From Alkalispirochaeta sp. (GTDB taxonomy: Bacteria; Spirochaetota; Spirochaetia; DSM-27196; Alkalispirochaetaceae), in NCBI GenBank assembly GCA_965242725.1, contig CBDESZ010000031.1:64001-128000 (forward strand): a stretch of 64,000 nucleotides of DNA. Direction: 5' to 3'. Below the pieces are notes generated by a model. That model saw only the letters and a program-made list of their open reading frames with translations, was not told the DNA's origin and searched no databases. The translations under genes were made by a program, and so were the position numbers. Below are positions 10,100 through 21,491 of this stretch, in pieces. Numbering within the stretch: the first letter of the stretch is position 1; each line of letters begins with the position of its first letter.

Positions 10100-10999
10100 C
10101 TACAGTCCAAGGGACGCCAGAAACTCCCTGTTGCGCCGTGCACACGCCGGCGGACTGCCCATACCGGGAAGGACGTCCTGTTCCACAACGACCCAGCCGT
10201 CGTAGTTGCGGCGTTTGAGTTCCGCTGTAATTGCGGGAAAGTCCACATCACCGTGGCCGAGTTCGCAAAACACGCCGTGTTGCACCGCTTCGAAGTAGTC
10301 CCATTTTTTAACGCGTGCATCCGCCGCGACGGATGCGGAGTAGTCCTTGTAGTGAATGTGCCAGATTCGCTCCCAGAAGAGATCAAGCGCAGCAAGGGGG
10401 TATCCGCCGGCGTACCGATAGTGTCCCATATCAAGGACAAGTCCCAGTGTGTCTTCCGGTGTTTCACTGAGGAGACGTTCCAGTTCTCCCGGAGTCTCCA
10501 CGTAGCCTGCGCAATGGTGGTGGATCACCGTTTTCAAGCCCGTCTCCTCTCGAACGGTACGGGCAAAACGGGCGGCACCCTCGATAATCGCCTTCCATCC
10601 CTCTTCACCGAGCATCAGATCCGGGGTGATCCGTCCCGCATTCTTCCGCCGGGCGTCAACGGAAGTGTTGTCGTCGGAAAGAACGATAAACGCGTGGTCA
10701 AAACCGGCTTTCTGCATGAGCGCCGCTGTCTGTACGCCCACATCGATTCCCTCCTGATGACGCCGCGGTTCAGACAACTTTACCGGAACAAAGGCACCGA
10801 CCAAATCAAGATCCCGTGAGGTAATCTCATCTCTCAGTTTTGATGGGTCGGTAGGCATAAATCCCCAGTCTCCCAGCTCCGTACCGGCATAGCCTGTTTC
10901 CTTCAATTCATCAAGAAACTGGGAGTATTCAACGGTTTCCCCTTCCAGATCAAATTCCAGTACTCCCCAGGAGCAGGGTGCATTTGCAACCTTTATCAT
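10100..10999 (-). CDS. iolE: myo-inosose-2 dehydratase-like TIM barrel protein (paralog 1)
   Basis: ANAPCSWG, GTELG, HHH, DMGH, HYKD, WVVVEQD. Confidence 0.7.
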   Translation of the reverse strand: MIKVANAPCSWGVLEFDLEGETVEYSQFLDELKETGYAGTELGDWGFMPTDPSKLRDEITSRDLDLVGAFVPVKLSEPRRHQEGIDVGVQTAALMQKAGFDHAFIVLSDDNTSVDARRKNAGRITPDLMLGEEGWKAIIEGAARFARTVREETGLKTVIHHHCAGYVETPGELERLLSETPEDTLGLVLDMGHYRYAGGYPLAALDLFWERIWHIHYKDYSASVAADARVKKWDYFEAVQHGVFCELGHGDVDFPAITAELKRRNYDGWVVVEQDVLPGMGSPPACARRNREFLASLGL

Positions 11000-11021
11000 T
11001 TTCCCTCCGAGATTGTTGTGA

Positions 11022-11032
11022 TTATCAGACAA
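11022..11032. promoter_or_regulatory. shared operator-like motif TTATCAGACAA, copy upstream of iolE paralog 1
   Basis: Exact 11-mer also at 17666, 42608 and, reversed, 48391. Confidence 0.65.
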
Positions 11033-11163
11033 TTCGCGCTTCGTCTTTAGTTGTACGTCATCTCGCGTCTCTGGTCAACAAAAACTTGTCCGGGTCAGGT
11101 CGAATGCGCTGTTGCCGGCCTGACGACATTTACAATTATCTGTCATCCGGGTAGGTTTTCGGA

Positions 11164-11925
11164 ATGGGCGCAACCGGTTTCGCATCGTTGGATTTCATCG
11201 TTCTCGCCGTCACGGCGTTTCTGGTCGGTATGCGGCGAGGGGGAGTCAACGGAGCCGCCGTCCTTGCGGTAATTCTCCTTGCTTCCCATTTCCCCGGGGC
11301 GTCCGCCGTCGGTATGGGAGTCCTTATATTTCTGTATGCCGATTTTCAGGCAACGGTGCTTCTGTTCAGGGATGTGGATTGGAAGGTTTTGTGGAAATTG
11401 CTGGGTCCGACAATTGTCGGTCTCGCCATTGGGGCTCTAGTTGGAAACCGGCTTCCTGTAAAGGTCTTCGAGTGGATCCTTTTTACCGTTATCCTCATCG
11501 CATATGGGGGAATGGTGGTTCAGCGTGCGCGAAGATTCCGCGATGCGCGGCGCACTCCACCAAAATGGGTGACCCCGCTGGCAGGATTCCTGTCCGGCTT
11601 CACCTCGATGATCGGAAACCTGGCGAGTGTTTTTGTGACCGTCTATTTTGCTGCAATGGGTACGATGAAGGCACAGTTCATCGCCACAAGCGTCTGGTTC
11701 TTCTTTGTGATGAATCTGACTAAGTTACCGATTCATATCTGGTGGTGGAGAACGCTCACCGCGGAAATGCTACTCCGTACACTCGTTCTGGTTCCGGTGG
11801 TCACTCTCGGAATCTGGACGGGGCGGGTCATTGTACGACGCATGTCGGAAGAGTCATATTGGCGTTTTGTGATCGTCGTAGCGGGCTCGGCGGTTCTCAG
11901 GTATCTATATGTCTTGTTACAGTAG
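11164..11925 (+). CDS. TauE/SafE-family membrane transporter
   Basis: Highly hydrophobic 253 aa protein with GFLSGFTSMIGN and FFFVMNLTKLP. Confidence 0.85.
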   Translation: MGATGFASLDFIVLAVTAFLVGMRRGGVNGAAVLAVILLASHFPGASAVGMGVLIFLYADFQATVLLFRDVDWKVLWKLLGPTIVGLAIGALVGNRLPVKVFEWILFTVILIAYGGMVVQRARRFRDARRTPPKWVTPLAGFLSGFTSMIGNLASVFVTVYFAAMGTMKAQFIATSVWFFFVMNLTKLPIHIWWWRTLTAEMLLRTLVLVPVVTLGIWTGRVIVRRMSEESYWRFVIVVAGSAVLRYLYVLLQ

Positions 11926-11927
11926 CG

Positions 11928-12977
11928 ATGTACCGGAAAGGGTGGAATAGTACTTTGGATGATGAAACTGCCAGTAGGAACGTATCCATTTACGACATTG
12001 CAAAAGCGGCAAACGTCAATCCTTCCACCGTTTCCCGGGCATTGAACAATCGGGACCGGATCGGTGCCGCGACGCGAAAACGAATCCTGCGCATTGCCGG
12101 GGAACTTGGGTATCAGCCGAGTGCAATTGCCCGCTCCCTTGCCACCAGTCGTACTCAAACGATCGGAGTTGTCGCTCCATCCCTGACCGATCCTTTTGTC
12201 GGAATGATTGTCGACAGCATCGAAGAACACGCAGGATACCACGACTATCGTGTGATATTCAGTACCTCCCGGCGCGACCCGGACCGGGAGCTCTCAATTG
12301 CAACCAACTTCCAGCGTCATCGGGTGGATGCCGTTATTATCGTCGCTACCCATCAGCGCTCGACCTATGACCTTTTTGAGCGAACATTGAGTGTTCCTGT
12401 CGTACTGGTCGGGCAGGAAGACCCGTCAAGTGACATCGCTGTTGTTGCAGTTGACGACTCGATGATGATCGACGCCGCTGCGCACCATCTTGTGGAGTTG
12501 GGACACCGGGATTTTGCCTTTATTGGAGTAAAGGATCGCCCGTTCTCCAGCACACGCAGGCTGGAGGCACTTGAACAGGGGGTGGCGCGGCGCCTGCCCG
12601 GTGGAACCGTTCATTCTATTCTGCCCGACGGAGGGTCGGATCTGATCCGCGGGAGCAACGCCCTCACGGAAGTTCTCCGGTTCGGCGTTACCGCGGTACA
12701 GGGCTACAACGATATGGTCGCCTTTGGGCTGGTCGGCGCCGCCATTCGGGAGGGAGTTGCAATTCCCCGGGATCTCAGCATCGTCGGTTGTGATGACCTT
12801 GACATAGCGGCGTCTCTGCCGCAGCCGCTTACCACTATTCGTCAACCCCGAGGCGAGATGGGACGACAGGCGGTTGAACTTGTGTTGGAGCGACTGGAAG
12901 GGAAAGGCTACCGAACGGCGCTCCTTCCCGGTGCACTTATTATCCGGGCAACTACCGCACCGCCCCGATTGCCTTAG
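11928..12977 (+). CDS. LacI-family transcriptional regulator
   Basis: [40 protein letters not shown]. Start uncertain. Confidence 0.92.
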   Translation: MYRKGWNSTLDDETASRNVSIYDIAKAANVNPSTVSRALNNRDRIGAATRKRILRIAGELGYQPSAIARSLATSRTQTIGVVAPSLTDPFVGMIVDSIEEHAGYHDYRVIFSTSRRDPDRELSIATNFQRHRVDAVIIVATHQRSTYDLFERTLSVPVVLVGQEDPSSDIAVVAVDDSMMIDAAAHHLVELGHRDFAFIGVKDRPFSSTRRLEALEQGVARRLPGGTVHSILPDGGSDLIRGSNALTEVLRFGVTAVQGYNDMVAFGLVGAAIREGVAIPRDLSIVGCDDLDIAASLPQPLTTIRQPRGEMGRQAVELVLERLEGKGYRTALLPGALIIRATTAPPRLP

Positions 12978-13027
12978 TAATTCCGACCCGTACATCGATT
13001 GGTCCCAAGTGCAAGGTCACACATCGA

Positions 13028-13045
13028 TGCGCAACCGATTGCGCA
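13028..13045. promoter_or_regulatory. LacI-type operator TGCGCAACCGATTGCGCA
   Basis: Near-perfect 18-bp palindrome with central CG, directly after the lacI gene and upstream of the 13108 operon. Confidence 0.7.
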
Positions 13046-13107
13046 GGTTGTTATTCGGGTGTATTCTTGACACATATCTGGTGCACAACTACAGAGGGGG
13101 CGCATTT

Positions 13108-14271
13108 GTGACAAAGAAACAGTTTGGTATCGGTGTTATCGGAATGGGATGGATGGGACACGTTCATGCGCGGTCCTATCGTATGGTACCGGATCGGTTT
13201 ATAGACGAGGGGCTATATCCGGTTCTTGTGGTCTGTGCCGACGCGGATGAAAAACGTGCCCGCGCCGCCCGGGAACGATTCGGGTTTCAGAAATATGTAA
13301 CCGACTGGCGGGAGGTTATCAGCGATCCTGCGGTGGATGTGGTTGATATTACCGCACCCAACGGTATGCACCTTGAAATCGTAGAGGCTGCGGCATCGGC
13401 GGGCAAACACGTTGCCTGTGAAAAACCGGTGGGACGATTTCCCACCGAGACAATTGCGGCCGCCGACGCAGTCAAGCAGGCGGGGGTGATGAGTACTGTC
13501 GGGTACAATTATCGCTGGCCCCCGGTGGTGCAGTACGCCCGAGACTTGATCGCGGGGGGAAAGCTCGGGACCATCACCCACTATCATGGACGCTTTCTCA
13601 ACGGTTATGCCGGAAATCCTTTTGGGTTGCTTTCCTGGCGGTTTGAAGAAGAACATGGTCTGGGAACTCTTGGTGACCTGATGTCCCACGTCATAGATAT
13701 GGCCCACATGATTACCGGCGGTATCGAAAAGCTTGTGGGTGACCGGGAAACGTTCATCAAGGAGCGGCCGCTGCCCGACCCCAACGCGACTTCCCACTAC
13801 GCAGTTGGTACCGCAGAAAGTCCCACCGGACCGGTAACAAACGAGGACTATGTCAGTGCCATCGTCCGTTTTGCCGGTGGTGCTCACGGATTCCTGGAGG
13901 CGTGTCGTGTCGTAAACGGGGCCAAGTGTGATATGTCCTTTGAGGTGTACGGTACCAGGGGCGCAATCAAATGGAATATGGAACGTATGAATGAGCTGGA
14001 CGTCCAGTATCGGGATGATGAAAATCCCGCCGAGGATGGTTACAAGACGCTTCTCAGCGGTCCGGCCCATCCATTTCACGGCAATTTTAATCCAGCCTGG
14101 GGACTCAACCTCGGATACGAGGACACTAAGGTCATTGAAGCCAGGGAATTTCTGTGCTCCCTCCGGGACGGCATCCAGAGAGAACCGAGCCTTGAAGACG
14201 CACGAAAGGTCGCAAGGGTTCAGCAGGCGATTATTCGGTCCTGGGAATCAGGATCGTGGGAAACGGTTTAG
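13108..14271 (+). CDS. Gfo/Idh/MocA oxidoreductase
   Basis: GMGWMG, CEKP, GYNYR, SWRF, GTLGDL.SH. GTG start with GAGGGGG RBS. Confidence 0.88.
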   Translation: MTKKQFGIGVIGMGWMGHVHARSYRMVPDRFIDEGLYPVLVVCADADEKRARAARERFGFQKYVTDWREVISDPAVDVVDITAPNGMHLEIVEAAASAGKHVACEKPVGRFPTETIAAADAVKQAGVMSTVGYNYRWPPVVQYARDLIAGGKLGTITHYHGRFLNGYAGNPFGLLSWRFEEEHGLGTLGDLMSHVIDMAHMITGGIEKLVGDRETFIKERPLPDPNATSHYAVGTAESPTGPVTNEDYVSAIVRFAGGAHGFLEACRVVNGAKCDMSFEVYGTRGAIKWNMERMNELDVQYRDDENPAEDGYKTLLSGPAHPFHGNFNPAWGLNLGYEDTKVIEAREFLCSLRDGIQREPSLEDARKVARVQQAIIRSWESGSWETV

Positions 14272-14281
14272 GAGAGAAACA

Positions 14282-15178
14282 ATGATCAAGGTTGCCAATG
14301 CCCCGTGCTCCTGGGGGGTTATAGAAAACATTGAAGGTGAACGGATCACCTGGGAAAAGGTGCTTCACGAAATTCAGGAGACGGGCTACGTGGGGACGGA
14401 ACTGGGCGACTGGGGCTTTATGCCTACCGATCCGGCACATCTCTCCCATGAACTGAATTCTCGGGGTCTCGAGATGGTCGGCTCCTGGGTGTCCGTTCAT
14501 ATGCACGACGCCTCACAGTTGAATGCAGATATCGAAGTTGCGGTACGCACCGCACAATTGATGGCCGCCGTCGGTGGAGATACCCCGATTGTCGTCCTTG
14601 GTAACGATCCCTTTGTGGACCCTGTGCGGACCGGGAACGCAGGCAGGATCACCTCCGAGCATGAAATGGGTGCCGCCCAGTGGAAGACGTTCTGTTCCGG
14701 TGCGGAGGCAATCGCCCGGGCGGTGAAGGACGAAGCGGGGTTGCGTACGGTCCTGCACCACCATGTCGGAACGTGGATCGAGACACCTGAGGAGACAAAA
14801 CGTTTTCTCGAGAACACCGACCCGGCTCTCGTCGGACTCGTATTTGATACGGGGCACTGGAAATTCGGCGGTGGGGATCCTCTGCAGGGGATCAAAGCGT
14901 TCTGGGATCGTATCTGGCACGTTCACTTTAAGGGGTATTCAGAAGAGATTGCCCAAACGTCGCGGGAACATCGGTGGAACGCGGTAAAATCGTACGAAAA
15001 CGGGGTGTTCAGCGAACTAGAAACGGCAGATATCGATTTTGCGCCGCTCGCTGATTTTCTGAAAGAACGTGATTATGACGGGTGGATCGTTGTGGAGCAG
15101 GATGTCCTGCCCGGGATGGGTAAACCAAAAGAGAGTGCCCAACGCAATCGGGATTATTTGCGAACTATCGGACTGTAA
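14282..15178 (+). CDS. iolE: myo-inosose-2 dehydratase-like TIM barrel protein (paralog 2)
   Basis: ANAPCSWG, GTELG, HHH, DTGH, HFK, WIVVEQD. Confidence 0.65.
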   Translation: MIKVANAPCSWGVIENIEGERITWEKVLHEIQETGYVGTELGDWGFMPTDPAHLSHELNSRGLEMVGSWVSVHMHDASQLNADIEVAVRTAQLMAAVGGDTPIVVLGNDPFVDPVRTGNAGRITSEHEMGAAQWKTFCSGAEAIARAVKDEAGLRTVLHHHVGTWIETPEETKRFLENTDPALVGLVFDTGHWKFGGGDPLQGIKAFWDRIWHVHFKGYSEEIAQTSREHRWNAVKSYENGVFSELETADIDFAPLADFLKERDYDGWIVVEQDVLPGMGKPKESAQRNRDYLRTIGL

Positions 15179-15202
15179 TACGGACGGTAAGGGAGTAATG
15201 AT

Positions 15203-15551
15203 ATGATGAGAGCAGGTTTATTAGGAGCGCGGTACATCGCTAAGATTCACGCATCGAACGTGATTCGGTTAGTGCAGCGGAAGACGTGGACACGTCCATG
15301 CTTCTGATGAAACGTGCCGGGGAAGAATCTGCCAATATTGACAATAGCCGCCGGGCCGCATTTGGAAATGACGAACGAATTGAGCTGTTCGGGTCCAAAG
15401 GGGCAGCCTATTCCGATCGTCGCCGTACAAGTGGAGTCGTACAACTTGATGTAACCGGTCGCAAGACGGCGTCAAGGCGCGGGAGATCGCCGAGGCTGCG
15501 TTATCGTTGCGTAAGGAACACCGTCCGGTGAATATTGAGTACACCATATGA
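15203..15551 (+). pseudogene. iolG: internally deleted inositol 2-dehydrogenase remnant
   Basis: Three collinear fragments: MMRAGLLGARYIAKIHA, DVDTSML..NSRRAAFGNDERIELFGSKG and DGVKAREIAEAAL. They match the N-terminal, late and C-terminal parts of the intact IolG at 27210. Confidence 0.75.
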
Positions 15552-16692
15552 AAAATCGAAGACTGAGATTTGCGATTATCGGCGGTGCCTTCGACTCCTT
15601 TATGGGTCCGGTCCATCGCATTGCAGCGACGTTGGACGGTGACGCAGAGCTCGTTGCAGGTTCTTTTTCCCGGAACGTCGAAAAAAAATACAAAAAACCG
15701 CCGAAAAATGGCACGTGCCGTCGGAACACACCTATACGGACTATCGGGAGCTGTTGTCCGAGGAAGCCGGGAGTATCGAGTACGTCGTCATCGCGACGCC
15801 CAATAACACCCATGTGGAGATCGCGACGGCTGCGATCGAGGCGGGTCTTGCCGTTTCATCGGACAAACCGATCGGGATCAGTTCTGACGAAGGACGCAGG
15901 CTCAGGGAGGTGATCCGGAAAACATAACGCCGTCTACATGCTTACCCACAACTACATCGGGTATCCCATGGTTAAAGAAGCACGAGCACTCAGGGAGCGG
16001 GGGGAGAGCTCGGTACGATTCACCGCGTCGTCGTGGAAATGCCCCAGGGGTGGGTCCAGGGCATGATTGCCGCGACGGGTGAGGAGCCGAGGCTCTGGAG
16101 GATGGACCCGGGGATTGTAGGGCCCTCGTTGATCACGGCGGACGTAGGAACACATGCCCTGCATATGGCGGAATACGATACCGGCCTCAGAGTCGAGCGG
16201 TTGACTGCGGATCTCTCCAATCTACTCACCACGTCGGACCTGGAAAATGACGCAAATATCCTTGTTAGATTTCAGAACGGTGCGTCGGGAGTTATAACGG
16301 TATCGCAGTTTGCTACGGGTGATCGCAATCCCTTTCGATTGCGGGTGTATGGCACGAAACGTGCCGTCGAATGGGTGCAGGAGACCCCGGAACTGCTGAT
16401 TGTAAAAGAACCGTCGGGAAACGAACGCCGGTTGTATCGGGGACACACTCCCGATGCGGTTTCCACAACGTGGTCCCGGATACCACGCGGGCATCCTGAG
16501 GGATATCTCGAGGCGTTTGCCAATCTGTATGCTGAGTTCCACCGGGCTGTCCGGGACAGGATTGAAGGCCGTGACGATACATACGACTTTCCCGATGTGG
16601 ACGACGGAATACGGGGTATGGCATTTGTTGAGGCTGTGCTGAAAAGTTGTCCCTCCGACGGAAAATCAGAATGGACAATGGTTGGTTCGTAA
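15548..16692 (+). CDS. Gfo/Idh/MocA oxidoreductase with several apparent frameshifts
   Basis: Fragments IIGG..SFMGPVHRIAA, IATPNNTH..SDKP, THNY.GYPM, DVGTHA and GHPEGYLEAFAN lie in changing frames. Breaks at A or G runs near 15681-15697, 15920 and 16000. Confidence 0.8.
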
Positions 16693-16741
16693 TTTTTTTT
16701 TGTGCGATCAACGCGACAAACGATTAAACGAGGAGAATAGA

Positions 16742-17594
16742 ATGTCTGAACTGAAAATTGGGGTCAATCGGATGGTTGCTCCGACTCTCGACCTGAAAGG
16801 TTTTTTGGATCTCGCCGCTGCCGTAAATGCAGTGGGAGTGGAATTACGAAACGATCTGTCCGGATTTGACGTCATCGACGACGTCGACCCTGCAAAGGTC
16901 AGGGATTTGCTCACCGAAAGAAATCTTTCGGTGTTGACGATCAACGCCGTCCAACATTTTAATCTTCCCTCCGAGTTCGCCGCGGCTAACAGACGAACTC
17001 AAGCGGCTGATCCGCTTCTCCCGTAATCTGGACAATACGGCGATCGTGATGTGCCCCCCATTGTGATGTATCGGATAGCCGTTCGCGTGCGGAAATGGCA
17101 AAAGACACAAAAAAATCTCTGCAACACTATCTTCCGATGCTCGAGGACGCCGGGATGGTCGGTCTGGTTGAGCCTCTCGGGTTTCCCGAAAGCTCCCTTC
17201 GCGATACGGCCCTTGCCGCGGAAATTGTCTCGGAAAATCGGAAGCGACTCATATCGGCTGACCCTCGATACGTTTCACTTCGCCGTAGCCGGAATGGACC
17301 CGCAGATACTTGGGACTGAAGAACTACCGGTAGATCTGATCGGTCTGGTCCATCTCTCCGGTTGTGACAAAGGGAGGACCGGTTAGCGAGTTCCGCGATC
17401 CCGACCGTGTATATGTAGACGCCGGGGACCGGGTGGGGAATGTTGACACCTTGCATCGGATACTGGGGGCAGGTTTTCCCGGCGTGGCATCGTTTGAACC
17501 CTTTTCTCCTAGTGTACACGAGCTGGATAAAAATACGATGGAACAGCGAATCGTTGAAAGCAAGAAATATATATTAAATAAAATAATTAATTAG
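16742..17594 (+). CDS. xylose-isomerase-like TIM barrel (IolI-like inosose isomerase) with apparent frameshifts
   Basis: VELRND, TINA, GLVEPLGF..SSLR, DTFH, LVHLSG and SFEPF spread over four frame changes. Confidence 0.7.
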
Positions 17595-17665
17595 ATTATT
17601 AAATTTTTGTTGGTCAATGTGACCGAAAAAACCGGTTGAAAATTATCGAATGAGTGATTTTCATT

Positions 17666-17689
17666 TTATCAGACAATCTGTTCTTGACA
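17666..17689. promoter_or_regulatory. shared operator-like motif TTATCAGACAA next to a TTGACA -35 element of the ABC operon
   Basis: Motif at 17666-17676, TTGACA at 17684-17689. Confidence 0.6.
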
Positions 17690-17765
17690 AATCGGAAAAG
17701 CCGTTCTTTTATGGATATGTGGCGTGCAGGCCACATAATCCAAACAATCCCAAAGGAGGGGTTAT

Positions 17766-18733
17766 ATGAAACGATTTGTTGTTTCTGTTCTTGTAGTGAC
17801 GATGGTACTTGTCGCAAGTTCGGCGCTGTGGGGCCGGCGGTCAGGGTGAAGCAGAAGGTGAACGACAGTTGCATATCGGTGTTGCTGACGGCGAACTTTG
17901 ACGATAAGTGGATGTCCTACATGCACGAAGGTTTTGAAGAAGCTGCAGCGGAGCTTGGTGTACGAATCACGATGGTAGACGGTAAAAACGATGCAGCGGT
18001 TCAACAGGGACAGGTCGATACCTTCATAACCCAGGGTGTTGATGCGATTGTAATCGTACCTGTAGATGCCGGCACGATCGGTCCGATCATCAATGAAGCC
18101 GAATCCGCGGGCATCCCGATTGTTTCAGTCAACCGGAAACCCGGACCTGGCGACATTGAACGACTGGCAACCTACGTTGGTTCGGACGAAGTGTACGCGG
18201 GGACCGTTCAGATGGAAGCCGTCGCCGAACTGCTCGGTGGTGAAGGAAACGTCGTGATCATGAACGGTGAGATCGGTCACTCCGGTATGATCGGACGTAC
18301 CCAGGGTAACAAGGATGTCCTTGCCCAGAATCCCGGAATGCAGCTCGTTGCCGAAGACACGGCGCAATGGCAGCGTTCTCTCGGCCTTACTCTCATGGAA
18401 AACTGGATTCAAACCGGAATGGAGATTGACGCGGTTGTTGCGAACAACGATGAAATGGCGATCGGCGCGATCCTTGCTCTTGAGCAGGTTGGAATGCTTG
18501 ATGAAGTAGTCGTTGCTGGTGTAGACGCCACCCCGGATGCTCTCATGATGATGAAAGAAGGCAAGTTGAACGTGTCGGTGTTCCAGAACGCATACGGCCA
18601 GGGGTACGCCGGTATTGAATCGGCCGTTAAGGCGGCGCAGGGAGAAGATCTTCCTGAAATGGTATCCGTCCCCTTCGAACCTGTACTCCCGAAGGACGTA
18701 GATAAATACCTGGCTCTTTGGGGTGTTGAATAA
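17766..18733 (+). CDS. sugar (probably inositol) ABC transporter substrate-binding protein, RbsB-like, with N-terminal frameshifts
   Basis: AGGAGG RBS then MKRFVVSVLVV..ALW-AGGQGE signal region, joining the ORF with YVGSDE, ANNDEMAIGA and GVDAT. Confidence 0.85.
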
Positions 18734-18760
18734 CCCGTACTTGATCGTATCGGGCGTAGT

Positions 18761-18795
18761 AAAATCGGCGCCGTTAAAGGCGCCGATTTTCTTTT
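18761..18795 (+). terminator. stem-loop after the binding-protein gene (attenuating or mRNA-stabilising)
   Basis: AAAATCGGCGCC-gttaaa-GGCGCCGATTTT followed by CTTTT. Confidence 0.75.
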
Positions 18796-18814
18796 GGCCT
18801 AAGGAGAGAATGGA

Positions 18815-20320
18815 ATGGCGGAAGAATACCTCCTTGAAATGGAGCATATCACAAAGGGTTTTCCCGGAGTGTTGGCCCTCGATGATGTGTTTCTCAAGGT
18901 ACGACCGGCTACCGTCCATGCCCTGATGGGAGAAAACGGAGCGGGAAAATCGACCTTGATGAAGGTGCTTCTCGGGATCTACACGCCGAACGACGGTGTG
19001 ATTCGGTTCGACGGGACGGAACACCTTCAAATGGATGTTAGAAGCAGTCTGAATCACGGGATATCGATGATCCATCAAGAACTAACACCGATACCCCATA
19101 TGACGGTAGCCGAGAATATATGGCTCGGGCGTGAACCCACCAGAGGGAAGACCGGTTGGGTTGACGGGAAGAGGCTCATTCAACAGACCCAGGAACTCTT
19201 TGATACCCTGGATATCAAAATTGATCCATCGAAAAAAATGAAAGATCTCAGTATTGCGAGTATGCAGATGGTAGAGATTGCCAATGCGATTTCCTACAAC
19301 TCGAAGCTGATCATTATGGATGAGCCGACATCTGCAATTACCGAAAAAGAAGTCGCCCACCTGTTTCGCATGATCAATAACCTGCGAAAGAAGGGTGTTG
19401 CCGTCATTTACATCACCCACAAGATGGACGAAGTATTTCAGATCTCCGATGAGGTTACAGTTCTTCGTGATGGTCGTTACGTTGGAACAAAAGCGGCGAC
19501 GGATATCACCAAGCACGAGTTGATCTCAATGATGGTTGGTCGAGAGCTCACGAATTTCTTTCCGAAAGAGGATGCGGATATTACGGACGTGAAACTCGAG
19601 GTCAGAAATATCTCTCTTGAAGGCAAATTTCGAAACGTCTCCTTTAAAGTCCGTAAGGGAGAAATCTTCGGGATCGCGGGTCTGATGGGTTCGGGACGAA
19701 CAGAAATAATAGAGAGCATCTTCGGCGTTTACCCTCCCGATTCCGGGGAAATTTTTGTAGATGGCGAGCCGGTGAGTGTCGGCCAACCAATAGATGCAAT
19801 ACGGGCCGGGATGGGCCTCCTCACTGAGGACCGGAAGCAATCCGGTCTCTTTCTCCCGCTTTCGGTCCAGGACAATATGGTTTATTCCAATATTGACAAA
19901 TATGTCGGGAAAGTTGGCCTCGACTTTCGATCAATGACTCAGGATTGTGAGCGGCAACGTGCAGCTCTCAATGTGAAGACCCCGAGTTTGCATCAGTTGG
20001 TGGTGAACTTGAGCGGCGGAAATCAGCAGAAAGTATTGATTGCCCGTTGGCTCCTGACTGAACCGGATATTCTCATTCTTGATGAGCCTACTCGAGGAAT
20101 CGACGTTGGCGCCAAATCAGAGATTCATAAACTAATGACAAAACTCGCCCAGTCGGGTAAGGCGATCATCATGGTCTCTTCTGAAATGCCGGAAGTCCTG
20201 GGTATGAGCGATCGTATCATGGTGATGCACGAGGGTGAAAAAGCGGGAGAGTTGACCCGCGAACAGGCAACGCAGGAACGGGTGTTGCAACTTGCCTCGG
20301 GTGAGGCACTGACGATTTGA
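18815..20320 (+). CDS. sugar ABC transporter ATP-binding protein (RbsA/MglA type)
   Basis: [35 protein letters not shown]. Confidence 0.95.
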   Translation: MAEEYLLEMEHITKGFPGVLALDDVFLKVRPATVHALMGENGAGKSTLMKVLLGIYTPNDGVIRFDGTEHLQMDVRSSLNHGISMIHQELTPIPHMTVAENIWLGREPTRGKTGWVDGKRLIQQTQELFDTLDIKIDPSKKMKDLSIASMQMVEIANAISYNSKLIIMDEPTSAITEKEVAHLFRMINNLRKKGVAVIYITHKMDEVFQISDEVTVLRDGRYVGTKAATDITKHELISMMVGRELTNFFPKEDADITDVKLEVRNISLEGKFRNVSFKVRKGEIFGIAGLMGSGRTEIIESIFGVYPPDSGEIFVDGEPVSVGQPIDAIRAGMGLLTEDRKQSGLFLPLSVQDNMVYSNIDKYVGKVGLDFRSMTQDCERQRAALNVKTPSLHQLVVNLSGGNQQKVLIARWLLTEPDILILDEPTRGIDVGAKSEIHKLMTKLAQSGKAIIMVSSEMPEVLGMSDRIMVMHEGEKAGELTREQATQERVLQLASGEALTI

Positions 20321-20336
20321 GTAACGGAGGAATACA

Positions 20337-21351
20337 ATGAGTGCAGACAGTGCAACCCCCGAAAAGAAGGGTGGTTTTGATTTCAAGGCGTTTGTGAACA
20401 GATACGGGATATTACTCGTTTTTATCGGTATCTGTATTCTGCTCGCAATTCTGACGATCGATAATGGCGTGTCGATCTTTTTGAAATTCCGAAACATCGT
20501 TAACGTACTTCGGCAGTCCGCTGTAATCGGCCATAATCGCTCTGGGTGTTACGTTTGTCATTATCACCGGAGGAATCGACCTTTCTTCAGGCTCCCTGGT
20601 AGCGATGATCGGAGTTATTTCCGCGATGGTCGCGCGGGATGCTTACGCATTACCGGTCTTCTTGCCTGTCATCGTTGCTTTGGTGCTCGGGGTGATTGCC
20701 GGAGGTATCAATGGTACGCTTCACGCAAAATTCAAGATTCCACCATTTATTGCAACTCTTGGCATGATGACCAGTGCTCGGGGCGTGGGTTATCTCGTGA
20801 CCAATGGGCGTCCGGTAGATAATCTTTCCGAATCATTTCAGTGGATCGGACAAGGCTCGATCCTGAATTTGAGTCAGAATTTCTTTATTCCGATCCCGGT
20901 ACTTATCTTTATTGCTCTCGCATTTGTTTCTCATTTCTTGCTTTCCAGTACACGTTTCGGAAAGTACACGTACGCCTTGGGCGGTAACGAACAAGCCGCA
21001 TACATCTGCGGTGTCAATGTTGATCGGCAAAAAATTCTTGTCTATGCATATGCCGGCCTTTTGACGAGTGTTGCTGCAGTCGTTCTGACAGCTCGAGTCA
21101 GTTCCGGCCAACCCAGTACCGGTATTATGTATGAGCTCGATGCGATTGCATCTGCAGTCATCGGCGGCACCAGCCTGCAAGGTGGCATCGGGACTATCGG
21201 TGGCACAGTCGTCGGTACGCTCATCATCGCGGTAATGAATAACGGTCTTCAGTTGATGGGTGTATCTTCATACTGGCAGCAGATTATGAAAGGTGTGATC
21301 ATAGTGGTGGCAGTGATCATCGACACAATGCGCAACCGAGGTAAGAAATAA
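20337..21351 (+). CDS. sugar ABC transporter permease (RbsC type), frameshift near 20531
   Basis: [33 protein letters not shown]. The N-terminus is in another frame. Confidence 0.9.
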
Positions 21352-21491
21352 GGTGAACGATTCCGGTGTTCGCCTGCGTTGTGACCGGCCGGCAGCGGCC
21401 GGGTATTAATGTCTGAATGTCGGTTTAACGGATCTTACAGGGTAGTATGCGAGAGTCGGAGAAGGTGGCATAATACCTTGTTGGGGGAAAT

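Noticed and set aside
17654..17900. Cys-rich N-terminus of the binding protein shown in the ORF track
   Set aside because: Artefact of frameshifts. The real start is ATG 17766 with an RBS and signal peptide.
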